From contig CAVPRW010000047.1 of NCBI GenBank assembly GCA_963707985.1, positions 18,382 to 82,381 of the forward strand: DNA of 64,000 bases, written 5' to 3'. Shown piece after piece: positions 1-11,083 of the stretch (positions are counted from its first letter, which is position 1; every line of letters begins with the position of its first letter). Made by a program: the position numbers and the translations under genes. Origin of the DNA: an uncultured Nitrospinota bacterium (lineage in GTDB: Bacteria; Tectomicrobia; Entotheonellia; J063; CAVPRW01). The notes beneath the pieces were generated by a model, which was not told the origin of the DNA, ran no database searches, and saw nothing but the letters and a program-made list of their open reading frames with translations.

Positions 1-130
1 GATGTCCAGCTGACCAAAAGGAGACTCTGCTGGGCACCGACGGATTGGATTATGAAACGCCTTAGCAAACACTGCGGCCAGAGGTAATCATCGGCATGTC
101 GGCATGGCCGCGCACCATTTGAGGAAGAAG

Positions 131-799
131 ATGATCCAAGCAGTGATTTTCGACTTTGACGGGTTGATTCTGGATACCGAGGTTCCGGAATTTCAGACCT
201 GGCAGGAGATCTATCAGGCGCATGGGTGCGAGTTAGCTCTGGAGGTGTGGGCGACCGGCCTCGGCACCTCGGCGGATGCCTTTGATCCCTATGACCATTT
301 GGAGGCGCAGGCGGGGTGCCCCATCGATCGTGAGGCCATCCAACAGCAACGCCGCCAGCGCTATCTCGAGTTGCTCGAAGCAAAAACGGTGTTGCCGGGT
401 GTGCGAGAGTATATTGCCGAGGCCAAGCGCCTGGGCTTGCACCTTGGGGTCGCTTCCAGCTCATCGCGGGAGTGGGTGGTCGGCCATCTGACCGAGCTTG
501 GCTTGAGTGCATATTTCGACTGCATCAAATGCCGCGATGACGTCCCACGGGTAAAGCCGGACCCGGCGCTCTATCGGGCGGTGGTGGAGACGTTTGCGCT
601 GCAGCCGTCTCAGGCCATTGCCCTGGAAGACTCGCCCAACGGCATCGCCGCTGCCAAGCGCGCCGGGCTGTTTTGCGTCGCCGTGCCGAATCCGTTGACG
701 CGCCAGCTCTCGCTCGCGCATGCCGACCTCCTGGTCAGCTCCTTGGCAGACCTCCCACTCCAGCATCTGCTGGACCACGTGCAGCGCCATGGGCGATAA
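131..799 (+). CDS. HAD-IA family hydrolase (beta-phosphoglucomutase-like)
   Basis: Motif I FDFDGLILD, ASSS motif, KPDP, EDSPNG. Confidence 0.9.
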   Translation: MIQAVIFDFDGLILDTEVPEFQTWQEIYQAHGCELALEVWATGLGTSADAFDPYDHLEAQAGCPIDREAIQQQRRQRYLELLEAKTVLPGVREYIAEAKRLGLHLGVASSSSREWVVGHLTELGLSAYFDCIKCRDDVPRVKPDPALYRAVVETFALQPSQAIALEDSPNGIAAAKRAGLFCVAVPNPLTRQLSLAHADLLVSSLADLPLQHLLDHVQRHGR

Positions 800-836
800 T
801 CCTCCCAGCGCCCAGCGGCAATATCGGAGACCCCAG

Positions 837-1835
837 ATGGTGACGTTCCTTCGACGATTGATCGGCCTCGCCCGCCTGATACGATGGACGAGCCTCGTCT
901 GCCTTGCCCTCACCTGCGCTGGATGTATCACCATCGATATCCTCGGTGGCAAGCCCGGCACGTTGCGGGAAACCGTCATCGAGGGGGAGCGTGGACCAAA
1001 GATCGCGCTGATCGAAATCGAGGGAGTCTTGAGTGAAGGTGCAAGGCCCACGCGCCTCGGCTTTAGCGAGGATGAAAGCCCGGTGGCACGGGTGCGGGCT
1101 CAGCTCGACAAGGCCGCCAAGGATCGTGCCGTCAAAGCTGTGGTGTTGCGCATTCATAGCCCTGGTGGGACCGCGACCGCAAGTGAGATCATCTATGGCG
1201 AAATCCAGCGTTTCAAAGCCAAGAAATCGGTGCCGGTGGTGGCTCAACTGGTGGGGATCGCCACCTCCGGCGCTTATTATGCGGCGATGGCAGCGGACAG
1301 TGTCTACGCCAACCCGACCACGGTCACAGGTTCCATCGGGGTGATTTTCGTGAGTGTCAACGTCTCCGGACTCATGGCGAAACTGGGCCTCGCCGACCAG
1401 ACCATCACCACCGGCCCTTATAAAGACACCGGATCGCCGCTGCGACCGATGACCCCTGAGGATCGCGCCCTCATGCAAGGGGTGCTCAACGATCTGTACC
1501 GGCGCTTCGTGCAGGTGGTGGCCGCCGGGCGTCCCCAGCTTCCCGCGGCGCGGGTGGCGGAGTTGGCAGACGGCCGCATCTACAGCGCCGCGCAGGCACA
1601 AGCCAACGGGCTGGTCGACGGCATCGCCGACCTCCCCAGCACCATCGATGAGGTTCGCCGCCGCGCCGGCCTTGAGGACGTGCGCGTGGTGGCCTACCAT
1701 CGCCGGCGAGAATGGCGCGAGAACCTCTATACCCTGCCGTCAAGCTTGGAAACGCTCGCCGCTAAACCCACAGCCCTTCTCGATTTGCTGCACGGGCCGG
1801 CGTTTGCCTACCTATGGTGGCCGGGCATCGAGTGA
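837..1835 (+). CDS. sppA: Signal peptide peptidase SppA (36K type, S49), probable lipoprotein
   Basis: LRIHSPGG, ATSGAYY (catalytic Ser), GSIGV, GPYKD, DGRIY motifs; lipobox-like LTCAGC. Confidence 0.9.
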   Translation: MVTFLRRLIGLARLIRWTSLVCLALTCAGCITIDILGGKPGTLRETVIEGERGPKIALIEIEGVLSEGARPTRLGFSEDESPVARVRAQLDKAAKDRAVKAVVLRIHSPGGTATASEIIYGEIQRFKAKKSVPVVAQLVGIATSGAYYAAMAADSVYANPTTVTGSIGVIFVSVNVSGLMAKLGLADQTITTGPYKDTGSPLRPMTPEDRALMQGVLNDLYRRFVQVVAAGRPQLPAARVAELADGRIYSAAQAQANGLVDGIADLPSTIDEVRRRAGLEDVRVVAYHRRREWRENLYTLPSSLETLAAKPTALLDLLHGPAFAYLWWPGIE

Positions 1836-1993
1836 GTGGTGGCGTCTTCTCTACCGTGATCCTTCTCCACCGAGGGGAGATTTCACGATTCATGATATAC
1901 TAACACCGATCGGTGCCCACTGGGGGCTTGTGCGGGCTGGTATCGATGTCTTCCGCCCCGCACTAGCGTTGGGATAATAGTTTGGGAGAGGCG

Positions 1994-2224
1994 ATGAAAA
2001 CGATCCAGCTGCAACTCGACGAACAAACGCTTGAGCGGGCCAGGCGAATAGCCAAGATCCGCCATCGCACTCTGGAGGAATTAATCCAGCAGATCATCAG
2101 CCAGTTGGGTGAAGCCGAGGCAGCCAATGATCCCTTCTTGGGAATGTTCGCGCATGAACCGGAATTGATAGACCAGGTCATAGAATCTGTCATGAAGGCA
2201 CGTGAGGAGCATCCGCTAAGGTAA
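1994..2224 (+). CDS. Antitoxin of VapBC-type pair
   Basis: Small RHH-like protein (IQLQLDEQTLERA) directly upstream of a PIN gene; DPFLGMF C-terminal motif. Confidence 0.65.
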   Translation: MKTIQLQLDEQTLERARRIAKIRHRTLEELIQQIISQLGEAEAANDPFLGMFAHEPELIDQVIESVMKAREEHPLR

Positions 2225-2225
2225 A

Positions 2226-2648
2226 ATGGTGGATAAGGCGTTACTCGACACGGATATTTTCTCGGAGATCCTGAAAGGAATCGATCAAAACGTCGTCACG
2301 CATGCAACCGCTTATCGTGCAGCCTTCGGTCAGTACACTATCTCTGTCATCACAGTCATGGAAATTGTCAAGGGCCTGCATAAACTCCAACGCGAAGACC
2401 GCGTTCAGCCGTTTCTGGCTGGGCTGGCCAATGTGGAACTGTTGACCCAGGATCTGCACAGCTCTGAATCGGCAGGGCGCATCTATGCGGACCTCGAACG
2501 CACAGGACAACCCATCGGTCGAGCCGATCCAATCATTGCTGCGATTGCTTTGCGACACGACTTAACCTTGATTACCGGCAATGTCGCACACTACCGACGC
2601 ATCCAAACGCTGGGTTATGGTTTGAAATTGGATAATTGGCGCATCTGA
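2226..2648 (+). CDS. vapC: PIN-domain VapC toxin
   Basis: LLDTDIFS, ITVMEI, GRADPIIAAIAL, LITGN. Confidence 0.9.
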   Translation: MVDKALLDTDIFSEILKGIDQNVVTHATAYRAAFGQYTISVITVMEIVKGLHKLQREDRVQPFLAGLANVELLTQDLHSSESAGRIYADLERTGQPIGRADPIIAAIALRHDLTLITGNVAHYRRIQTLGYGLKLDNWRI

Positions 2649-2809
2649 GGTTGATCTCAGTAGGAGCACAGCCTGTCGGCCGCTCTACCATGTCTCCGGC
2701 AAGCCTCCTTGGATTTCATCATACCGCTTTTCGGATTCCGCTCCATCGTGCCACAGGCCCAGTGACAGGAGCGCTGCAGCCCGGTACCATCAACAATCAC
2801 CACACGTGA

Positions 2810-5800
2810 TCAGCGCCCCTCCACCTCTGCCAGCGTTCTTTCCGCCTCAGGCAGCCAGAACGTCATCTCCATGGCTCGGTAGAGTTCGATGGCTGCAGAC
2901 AGTTCGGCACGGGCCTGCTGCCGCTGGCCGGTTTCGACGTAGAGGGTGCCGAGACCCAGGTGACAATGGGCCTGCAGCGGGCGCATGCCGAGTTCGTCGG
3001 CCAAGGTAAGGGCCTGCTGGTAATGAGTTGCCGCCTGCTCGACGTCCGAGGGATCACGACGCCTGGCGACCTCGCCGAGGAGACGGAAGGCATGCGCCTG
3101 GTAGCCACGTCCTGTATGGGCGCGGGAGACCTCGATGAGGTGTCCGGCAAGCGCGCTCGCCTCGTCCATGCGGCCGACGAGAAGTAGCGCCTCGCTCAGC
3201 TCGGTGAGCACGAGCGCATGGAAGATCACGCGGCTCCCGTGGGCCACGCGCTCCAGCGTCTGGTCCAGGAGTGGGCAGGGCCTCCGCCGCGCGTCCGGCC
3301 AGGGCATACGTCGCACCCAAGATGGAGGCGACCATGGGGAATAAACGTGGGATGTTGGCACTCTGGCAGAGCGCCAGGCTCCGTTCGAGCGCGGGGATCG
3401 CCTGGTGGATGTCTCCTTGGCGGCGGGAGAGCAACCCCACAGGGATAAGCGCCCCGACAATACTGAAGGGCTGCTCGACGGCCTCGGCAATCTGCACGGC
3501 CTCTTCTGCCACACTCTTCCCCTCGGCAAAGCCCCCCAGTTCGGCCAGACAGTTGCTCATATAGGCACGGGAGGACACGGCGGGCAGGCTGACCCTGCCG
3601 AAGCGCGCATAACGACGCTCGCCAGTGAGTAACGTCATCGCCCGACGCGCGACATCCAGCCCCTGCCGAAAGTCCCCTCCAGTATAGTACACCTGGCCCA
3701 GGGTCGTCTGGGCCGCCACCTGGACGTCGAACGCACCGCTGCTGCTGGCCAGGGCGAGGGTCCGCTGGCCAGCCGCAATGGCGCGGTCATGCTCGCCCAT
3801 GGCCGAGAAGTGGATACACAGATAGGAGGTGATCCGCCCGAGCCGCTGGGGATCGCCCAGTCGCTCGGCGAGGGCCTCGGCGGCGCGCATGTGATCGAAG
3901 ATCCGCGCCTCTTCGCCGAGTGGCAGCAAGGCATTGCGCAGGTCGAACCGCAGATCGATGGCCTGTTCCAGCGTGTCGCGGCGCTCGGGGAGGTGCGCCA
4001 GGGCTGTGAGCGCCTGCTCAAAACACGCGACGGCTTCGCGGTGCGCAGAGCGGGCCGCTGCCCGAGCCCCGGCCTGCTGGCCATAGGTGAGGGCCTTGTC
4101 CCACATCTCGCCCCGCACGGCATGGTGGGCCAGGCGGTCCACCTGCTCAGCTAGACGATCAGCGGTAGAGCGCTTCAAGGGCCTCGACAATCCGCGCGTG
4201 CAGCGCCCGCCGCCGCTCCTGGAGCAGACTGCCGTAGGCCACCTCGTGGGTGAGGGCATGCTTGAAGGTGTATGCGTGCTCGGGAAAGAGTTGCGTCTCG
4301 TAGAGGAACTCGGCCGCCTGGAGGTGCGCCAGGCCGCGATGTAGTGCCATCTCGGGCAGCTCGGTAATGGCCTGCAGCAAGGGCAAGGGCACTTCAGTGC
4401 CGATCACCGCTGCGGTCTGGAGCAGGTGCTTCTCCTCAGGGGGCAGACGGTCGATGCGCGCCGCCAGCACGGCCTGCACTGTGGCCGGTACCTGCAGGCT
4501 GTCGAGAGATTTGACGAGCCGATAGGCGCCCGGCTCTCCGACCAGCACCCGACTCTCCACCAGGGTGCGCACGCTCTCCTCCAGAAAGAAGGGATTGCCT
4601 TCGGTGCGGGCGATCAGGAGCTGCTTCAGCGGCGCCAGGCTCGGGGTCGTCGCCGAGGAGGGCCTGCAGCAGTTCGTCGGCGCTCGTGGGCGGCAGCGGG
4701 TCCAGCCGCAGTTGGGTGTAGTAGGTCTTGCTGCCCCAGCCGTGCTGATACTCCGGGCGGTAGTTGACCAGGAGCAGCATGTCGGGCCGTCGGCAGGCTG
4801 TCGACCAGGCTATCGAGCAGCGCCTGGGTCTCGGAGTCGATCCAGTGCAGGTCCTCAAAGACCAGGAGCAGGGGCTGCACCTGGCTTTCGCGCAGCAGCA
4901 CGCGCTTGAGCGCGGCCAGGGTGCGTTGCCGCCGCTGCGGCGGATCGAGCGTCAGGAATGGACTGTCGGCGGGCAGCGGCGTCCAGGAGCGCCGAGCAGC
5001 GCCGGGATGGCCTCCTGGAGGGCCTCGTCCAGGGTCAGGAGGTGCCCGGTGACTTTGGCCCGGACGGTGCGCGGCTCGTCCCCGTCCTCGACGTGCATAT
5101 AGCGCTTGAGCAGGTCCACAACCGGGAAGTAGGGGGTGGCTTTGCCATACGACACCGAGGCGGCCTCCAACACCAGCCAGCCCTGGGTGCGGTGGGAATG
5201 GACGAACTCGTAGAGCAGGCGGGACTTGCCGACCCCGGCCTCCCCCACCGTGGCCACCACCTGGCCGTGCCCCGTCCTGGCCCGCGCCAGCGCCTGCACC
5301 AGCGCCGCGATCTCGGTCTCACGGCCGACAAAGCGGGTGAGGCCACGCGCTACCGCCGCCTGCAAGCGCCGACGGACGGCGCTGGCGCCGACCAGCTCGA
5401 ACACCTCCACCGGCTCCGTCATTCCCTTCACCGGGATCGGTCCCAGGGCGTTGACCTGCACCAGGCCCTCGACTAGCCGCAGGGTCGCCGCCGTCAGCCG
5501 GATACTGCCAGGCATGGCCAACTGTTCCATGCGGGCCGCCAGATGGGTGGTCTGGCCCACGGCCGAGTAATCCATGTGTAGGTCGTTGCCAATCGCCCGC
5601 ACCACCACTTCCCCCGAGTTGAGGCCCACTCGGATGCGCAGCTCGAGACCGTGGGCGCGGCGCACCTCGTCGGTATACTCACGCAGGGCGGCCTGCATCG
5701 CCAGGGCGGAGTAACAGGCCCGCAGGGCATGATCTTCATGGGCAATCGGCGCCCCGAAGAGCGCCATGATGCCATCCCCTAGTACCTGGTTCACCGTGCC

Positions 5801-6256
5801 CTCGTAGCGGTGCACGGCGTCCATCATGCGGTGCAGGGCCGGGTCCAGGAGCTGCTGGGCGGCCTCGGGATCGAGGTCCCGGATCAACTCGGTGGAGTCT
5901 TTGATGTCGGCGAACAGCACTGTCACCTGCTTGCGTTCGCCGTCCAGATGTTGGCGGGCGTCGAGAATTTTTTCGGTGAGATGTGGTGGGGTATAGGACA
6001 GGGGTGTAGGCGGCGCGGTGGCCGGTGAGGAGGCAAACGGTCCCGATGGGGCGGGGGGCTTGTCGGCCCCGCCGGTCCAGACCAGGACTCTGCCATCTTC
6101 CTCCACAGCCAGTTGTTGGCCGTAAGTCAGTTCCTCCTTGAGTGCTTCCAGCTGCTCGTCGTCAAGCTGGAACTGGAGCTTGAGCATACGATAGGTCATG
6201 CGACCTCGGCGTTGGAGCATGGCAACCGCCTGATCCAGAATCTCCTCGAAGGTCAT
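2810..6256 (-). pseudogene. Class III adenylate/guanylate cyclase + AAA ATPase + TPR protein, split by six +1 frameshifts (pseudogene or sequencing error)
   Basis: ERKQVTVLFAD and GDGIMALFGAP cyclase motifs; Walker A GEAGVGKS; LVFEDLHWID; GNPFF; TPR C-terminus; coding continues across ORFs 4952-6256, 4626-4901, 4436-4858, 4159-4572, 3054-4259 and 2810-3529. Confidence 0.85.
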
Positions 6257-6290
6257 GGTCGACCCTTCCCCGCTCTCGCGTTTCCGTCAT

Positions 6291-7892
6291 CTACCCCACC
6301 CCATTTGGTCCGCGGCGCAGCACTTGCCCAGGCAGTGCTCCGGTATGTTCGCCGTCGTCGATCACGACCATTCCATTGACGATGACTGTCGAGATGCCAG
6401 CGGCATATTGATGCGGATCGTCGTAAGTGGCCCGCTCGGCGACGGTCTGCGGGTCGAAGATGGTAATGTCGGCGTGGTATCCCGCGCGGAGCAAGCCGCG
6501 GTTGACCAGTCTTAGGGCCGCCGCTGACCCGCCGGTCATTTTATAGATGGCCTGGGGCAGGGATAACAGTCCCAAATCGCGGACGTAGCGCCCGAGCACT
6601 CGCGGGAAGGTACCGTAGAAACGCGGGTGTGGTTTGCCCTGGCTGGTCGTCCCATACGGCGCCAGCGAGGTGCCGTCGGAACCCACCAGCACCTCAGGTG
6701 AGCGAACGATCGCCTGCACATCCGCCTCGTCCATGGAGGTGACCAGGATGCGCGTGTGGCCCCGGTCGGCGATCAGGTAGTCGCAGACGGCATCCAGAGG
6801 GTCACAGGCACGGTCGCGGGCGATGTCGCCGATGGTGCGCCCGGCATACTCCGGCTGGTGCGGTGAGATGGCGATGCGTACTGCATCCCATGACGAAATC
6901 CGTCCAAAATTATTCAGACCATGGACGGCCAGTTCCTCCCGTATGCGGGATCGAATCGTCGGCTGGCTCAGGCGCTGGAGCATGATCTCCATGCTGCCTT
7001 CCTGGACCCAGGTCGGTAGCAAGTTACGCAGGGGGTTACTACCGGCAGTGTAGGGGTACTGATCGACATCGACCTGCACACCGCGCTGGCGGGCGGCGTC
7101 GATCTCCGCCAGCAGTCGGGCGGCACCACCCCAATTGTCGGTGCCGGAGAGCTTGAGATGGGCGATTTGCACATGGATGCCGCAGGCCTCACCGATAGCA
7201 ATGGCCTCCCGCACCGCCTCGAAGACGTGATTGGCCTCATCCCGGATGTGGGAGGCATAACCGGCGCCGTAGCGCTGCAGCACGCGACCCAAGGCGATCA
7301 GTTCCTCGGTCTTGGCAAAGATTCCCGGTGCCGTAAAGAGGCCGGAGGACAGCCCCAGCGCGCCAGCCTCCAGGGCCTCCTCCAGGAGATGCTGCATCAA
7401 GGACAGCTCGTCAGGCTGGGGCGGTCGATCCTCCATCCCCATGGCCAGGAGTCGCAGCGTATTATGGCCCACCTGCATGACAGTGTTGACCGAGGTGGCC
7501 GGGAAGGTGTTGAGATAGTCAGCGAAGGTAGTTTCACGAAATTCCAGCCAGGGAGCGCTGGCGGCCAGGTAATCGCGCAGCAACTCGACACGTCCTGGGA
7601 GGGCCGGGGCGGCGGAGAAGCCACAATTGCCCAACACTTCGGTGGTGACGCCCTGGCGGATCTTGCTCTCTGCCCGCGGATTCAGCGGCAGGGTGAAGTC
7701 GGAGTGCGTGTGAATGTCGATGAAGCCGGGCGCGACCACCTGTCCGGTGGCATCGATGATACGTCGACCCTGCCGGGTCTGGCCACTGTCAATCGCCACA
7801 ATACGTCCGTCGGTGACCGCCACATCGGCGACACGGCCAGGTGCGCCGCTGCCATCGATCACTTCTCCCCCACGAATCACCAGATCGTCCAT
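6291..7892 (-). CDS. N-acyl-D-amino-acid deacylase (D-aminoacylase)
   Basis: PGFIDIHTHSD, GNCGFS, SHIRDE, GSDG, HPRFYGTFPRVLG. Confidence 0.92.
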   Translation of the reverse strand: MDDLVIRGGEVIDGSGAPGRVADVAVTDGRIVAIDSGQTRQGRRIIDATGQVVAPGFIDIHTHSDFTLPLNPRAESKIRQGVTTEVLGNCGFSAAPALPGRVELLRDYLAASAPWLEFRETTFADYLNTFPATSVNTVMQVGHNTLRLLAMGMEDRPPQPDELSLMQHLLEEALEAGALGLSSGLFTAPGIFAKTEELIALGRVLQRYGAGYASHIRDEANHVFEAVREAIAIGEACGIHVQIAHLKLSGTDNWGGAARLLAEIDAARQRGVQVDVDQYPYTAGSNPLRNLLPTWVQEGSMEIMLQRLSQPTIRSRIREELAVHGLNNFGRISSWDAVRIAISPHQPEYAGRTIGDIARDRACDPLDAVCDYLIADRGHTRILVTSMDEADVQAIVRSPEVLVGSDGTSLAPYGTTSQGKPHPRFYGTFPRVLGRYVRDLGLLSLPQAIYKMTGGSAAALRLVNRGLLRAGYHADITIFDPQTVAERATYDDPHQYAAGISTVIVNGMVVIDDGEHTGALPGQVLRRGPNGVG

Positions 7893-8185
7893 GCTCAGCT
7901 CCCCCAGCTTGCTGCATCTATCTACCTCTCCCCTACCGAAGCCTACGAGCGTTACCTACGAATCCCTAATGCGAGCGCTTTTTCCTCTGTCTCCCGCCGA
8001 GAGGTGGTCTAGGTGAGGACGGCAGGCAATGCAATTCAACGACCGCGGCGGCCTATGATATAATAGCTCCCCTCTAGGAATCCAATGCTTCCGCGTCTGT
8101 TACCGGAAGCGCCTTCTGCCGCTGCGTCTCAGCCTCCATCGGGGGGAAGAGCGCTGCGGGTGCTGCGCACATGTGGAGGTAGGGC

Positions 8186-9373
8186 ATGATTACCAAATTC
8201 GACGGCTCATACGCTGGCCATATCGATATAGCGAATGTTGGCTACGGCGGTACCGCGGTGAACGATCGCCGTTTCTCGAACGAACAACTCGCGACGGTGT
8301 TCGACAAGGCACGCGACATTGCGAAACTGTTGGATCGTGTAGGGTACAATACATTTTGGGCCGCCGAGCACCATTTTCAACCTGAGGGCTACGAGTGTAT
8401 CCCCAATCTTCTGATGTGGGCCGTGGATCTGGCACATGTCACGCAGCGCCTGAAGTTCGGGTGTGGCTTCAATATCACCCCGATGTGGCATCCGCTGCGG
8501 CTGGCCGAGGATTTTGCCACTGCCGACATCCTGACCGGCGGGCGGGTCATCTTTGGCGTGGGGCGTGGCTATCACACGCGCGAGGTCGAGACCTTCGGGG
8601 CCCCCCTGCGTGACCAACCAGCCAACCGTGACCTGTTCGAGGAACAGGTTGAGGTGATTTTTAAAGCGTTCAACAGCCCATCCTTCTCACATCAGGGCAC
8701 ATATTACACCATCCCACCGCACGTCCCCTATCGTGGCTATGAATTGCAGGAACTTACCCTGGTGCCTCAGCCCATCCATCGCCCGATCGAATGTTGGCAG
8801 CCGATCCAGAGCGCCACGCCGCGCGGACTGGATTTCATGGCGAAGCACGGCATCAAGGGCGCTATCGGCGGTGGTGTGGCTGAAGGTGGCGCCATGCATA
8901 ACGTCATGGAAGGCTATCGGGAGGCGCTGCGCCGCGTCGGTCGCGATGTGCAATTGGGCGAGGATCTGGCGATAGGCTTCCATTTCCGCCTGGCCAAGAC
9001 CCCGGAGGAGGGCATCAAAGCGGCGGCCAAACACTACGAAGAAAATTTGAAAATGTTCGGGCCGTTGCGGCTGGTCCGCGGCCTTTCTGATGCGCAGATC
9101 GAGGCCATGGGTGATCCCCGCCGAGCGCCTTCGGCCGGCCTGCCAACCCTTGAAGAGGCCGTCAAGAAGGGGGCCTTCCTCTGTGGTCCACCCGAGCTCA
9201 TCATCGAGCAACTGATGCGCCTGGAGGAGCGTTACCCCGGACTCGAGCGCATCACCGTGAGTCACCCGGTCAGCACCCCGCATGCCGTCATGCTGGAGCA
9301 GTGGGAGTGGTTTGCCGCCGAGGTCATGCCGGCCTTTAAGAAGCGTGTGCAGGAGCCTGTTTCGGCCAATTAG
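8186..9373 (+). CDS. LLM-class (luciferase-like) flavin-dependent oxidoreductase
   Basis: WAAEHHF, HPLRLAEDFATADILTGGR, GVGRGY. Confidence 0.9.
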   Translation: MITKFDGSYAGHIDIANVGYGGTAVNDRRFSNEQLATVFDKARDIAKLLDRVGYNTFWAAEHHFQPEGYECIPNLLMWAVDLAHVTQRLKFGCGFNITPMWHPLRLAEDFATADILTGGRVIFGVGRGYHTREVETFGAPLRDQPANRDLFEEQVEVIFKAFNSPSFSHQGTYYTIPPHVPYRGYELQELTLVPQPIHRPIECWQPIQSATPRGLDFMAKHGIKGAIGGGVAEGGAMHNVMEGYREALRRVGRDVQLGEDLAIGFHFRLAKTPEEGIKAAAKHYEENLKMFGPLRLVRGLSDAQIEAMGDPRRAPSAGLPTLEEAVKKGAFLCGPPELIIEQLMRLEERYPGLERITVSHPVSTPHAVMLEQWEWFAAEVMPAFKKRVQEPVSAN

Positions 9374-9452
9374 TCGGCGACGATCCGCCAGGTCTGGCGT
9401 GTTGATCGTCGCACGAGCAATGGCGGCGGGGGAGGATCGCACGGTTGGGCTT

Positions 9453-9485
9453 CCCTCACCCCGGCCCTCTCCCGGAGGGAGAGGG
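9453..9485 (+). repeat. REP-like intergenic palindromic repeat; second copy on the minus strand at ~60320-60355
   Basis: CTCACCCCGGCCCTCTCCC shared by both copies, followed by a hairpin arm (GGGAGAGGG). Confidence 0.6.
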
Positions 9486-9531
9486 AGACAGAGACCCCGT
9501 ATCTACCACCTGCAATGAAGAGGAGAGCCTC

Positions 9532-10590
9532 ATGAGCGCTGATCATCATCAGACGTTTGTCTATGCCGGACTGGCTGGCGAGGGAGAATATATCGGCGCC
9601 GGCGGGTTATATCGTTATGCGGCGCACAACGGTGAGTGGCAAAGCCTCACCAACGGACTACCGGAACACCCGCAGGTGCGGGCGCTGCTCATGCACCCCC
9701 AGAATTCAGCGATTTTGTACGCCGGCACGCATAAAGGGCCATATCGCAGCGACGATCGGGGGGAGCACTGGACGGCACTGGAAGCCCCCCCACAGGGGAC
9801 AGACGTCTGGTCGCTGGCGTTCCATCCGCACGATGCCAACATCATCTATGCCGGCTATGAGCCCTGTGCCATCTATCGTTCCGAGGATGGCGGTGAACAT
9901 TGGAAGAGGATGAACACCGAGAAAGTCAGGTTCCCCCATATCACCTCCTACATGCCGCCGCTAGGGAAGCGTGTCATCGGCATAGCGGCGGACCCCTCGG
10001 ATCCGCACGACATGTATGCCGCCATCGAGGTCGGTGGTCTGCTCGCCAGCCGCGATGAGGGCGAGAGCTGGGAATCGATCACCGACGGCTTGTACGTCCG
10101 CAATAACACCGTCGATTTACACGGGGTGCAGGTCAGCCCTGCGGCCCCCGGCATGGTGTACATCATCACCCAGGTAGCCATGTTCCGGAGTCGCCATCGC
10201 GGGCGGCACTGGGAGCATGTGCAGATCGACGAGATGTTCCCGGGCGGGTCATATTGTCGTGGACTGTTAGTGGCGCCAAACGATCCCCACACCATCTATC
10301 TGGCCGCCGGAGCGGGCGGTGGCGGGGCGCCGAAGGGCACCCAGGAGGCCGGAGCCCTGTTTCGCAGTCGTGACATCGGTGAGACATGGGAACGCGTCGA
10401 CATCGGTGATACGCCACCCAGCCGCATGGCGCAGACCGCTATCGACCGTGCCAATCCTGCCCACATCTACTGCTGTGCCATGCATGGGCAGGTCTACGGC
10501 AGCCAGGACGGCGGCCACACCTGGCAAAAAAGCCAGCTTCCAGTGGAGACGATGCGCAATCGGCGGATCTATGCGCTGGCGTGTGGCTAG
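9532..10590 (+). CDS. BNR/Asp-box repeat beta-propeller protein
   Basis: Repeated SxDxGxxW motifs (RSDDRGEHW, RSEDGGEHW, SRDEGESW, SQDGGHTW); RBS AGGAG. Confidence 0.85.
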   Translation: MSADHHQTFVYAGLAGEGEYIGAGGLYRYAAHNGEWQSLTNGLPEHPQVRALLMHPQNSAILYAGTHKGPYRSDDRGEHWTALEAPPQGTDVWSLAFHPHDANIIYAGYEPCAIYRSEDGGEHWKRMNTEKVRFPHITSYMPPLGKRVIGIAADPSDPHDMYAAIEVGGLLASRDEGESWESITDGLYVRNNTVDLHGVQVSPAAPGMVYIITQVAMFRSRHRGRHWEHVQIDEMFPGGSYCRGLLVAPNDPHTIYLAAGAGGGGAPKGTQEAGALFRSRDIGETWERVDIGDTPPSRMAQTAIDRANPAHIYCCAMHGQVYGSQDGGHTWQKSQLPVETMRNRRIYALACG

Positions 10591-10808
10591 TCGGATGTTG
10601 GGTTGACATAGTGATAAGGGTATGGCGAGAATACGATTGCCCGTATGTCATTGACCTTGCCGCCCTCACCATCCTGACCGCGATGGCCAGCCGGGCCATG
10701 CGGTCATGGACTGACCAGCGCTGAGTAGCCCAGTACAAGAACTGGATGACGGATTTCCGCGCCAAGTGATGCTGGCTGCCTGCTACTCGGTTGGAGAGAG
10801 GACACTCC

Positions 10809-11030
10809 TGTCGGTCCCGAAAACTTGTAACAGCTGAAAACAAACGACTTCGATGGCATCTGCTCACGCTGCTCGCCGCTCATAGTCATGATGCAGCCCA
10901 CCCACTTCGGGGACTTCCCTGATCGAGCCAACCTCCGGCCGTTGGACCGGCCTCGGCACCGGACAATCCAAGTCCAGTGCTCGGTGTATGCGCCAGTATC
11001 AGTAGTTGTAGCACTACCAAACCTTGAGGA
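10809..11030 (-). mobile_element. 3' remnant of an rve/integrase-core transposase element, with its right end
   Basis: Minus-strand translation ...HRALDLDCPVPRPVQRPEVGSIREVPEVGGLHHDYERRAA* with stops upstream; terminal ...GTTTTCGGGACCGACA. Confidence 0.7.
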
Positions 11031-11083
11031 TCGAGTACCCCATTAGCCGGCGAACGCGGCTTTTTCCACGAGGGAGTACCAGT

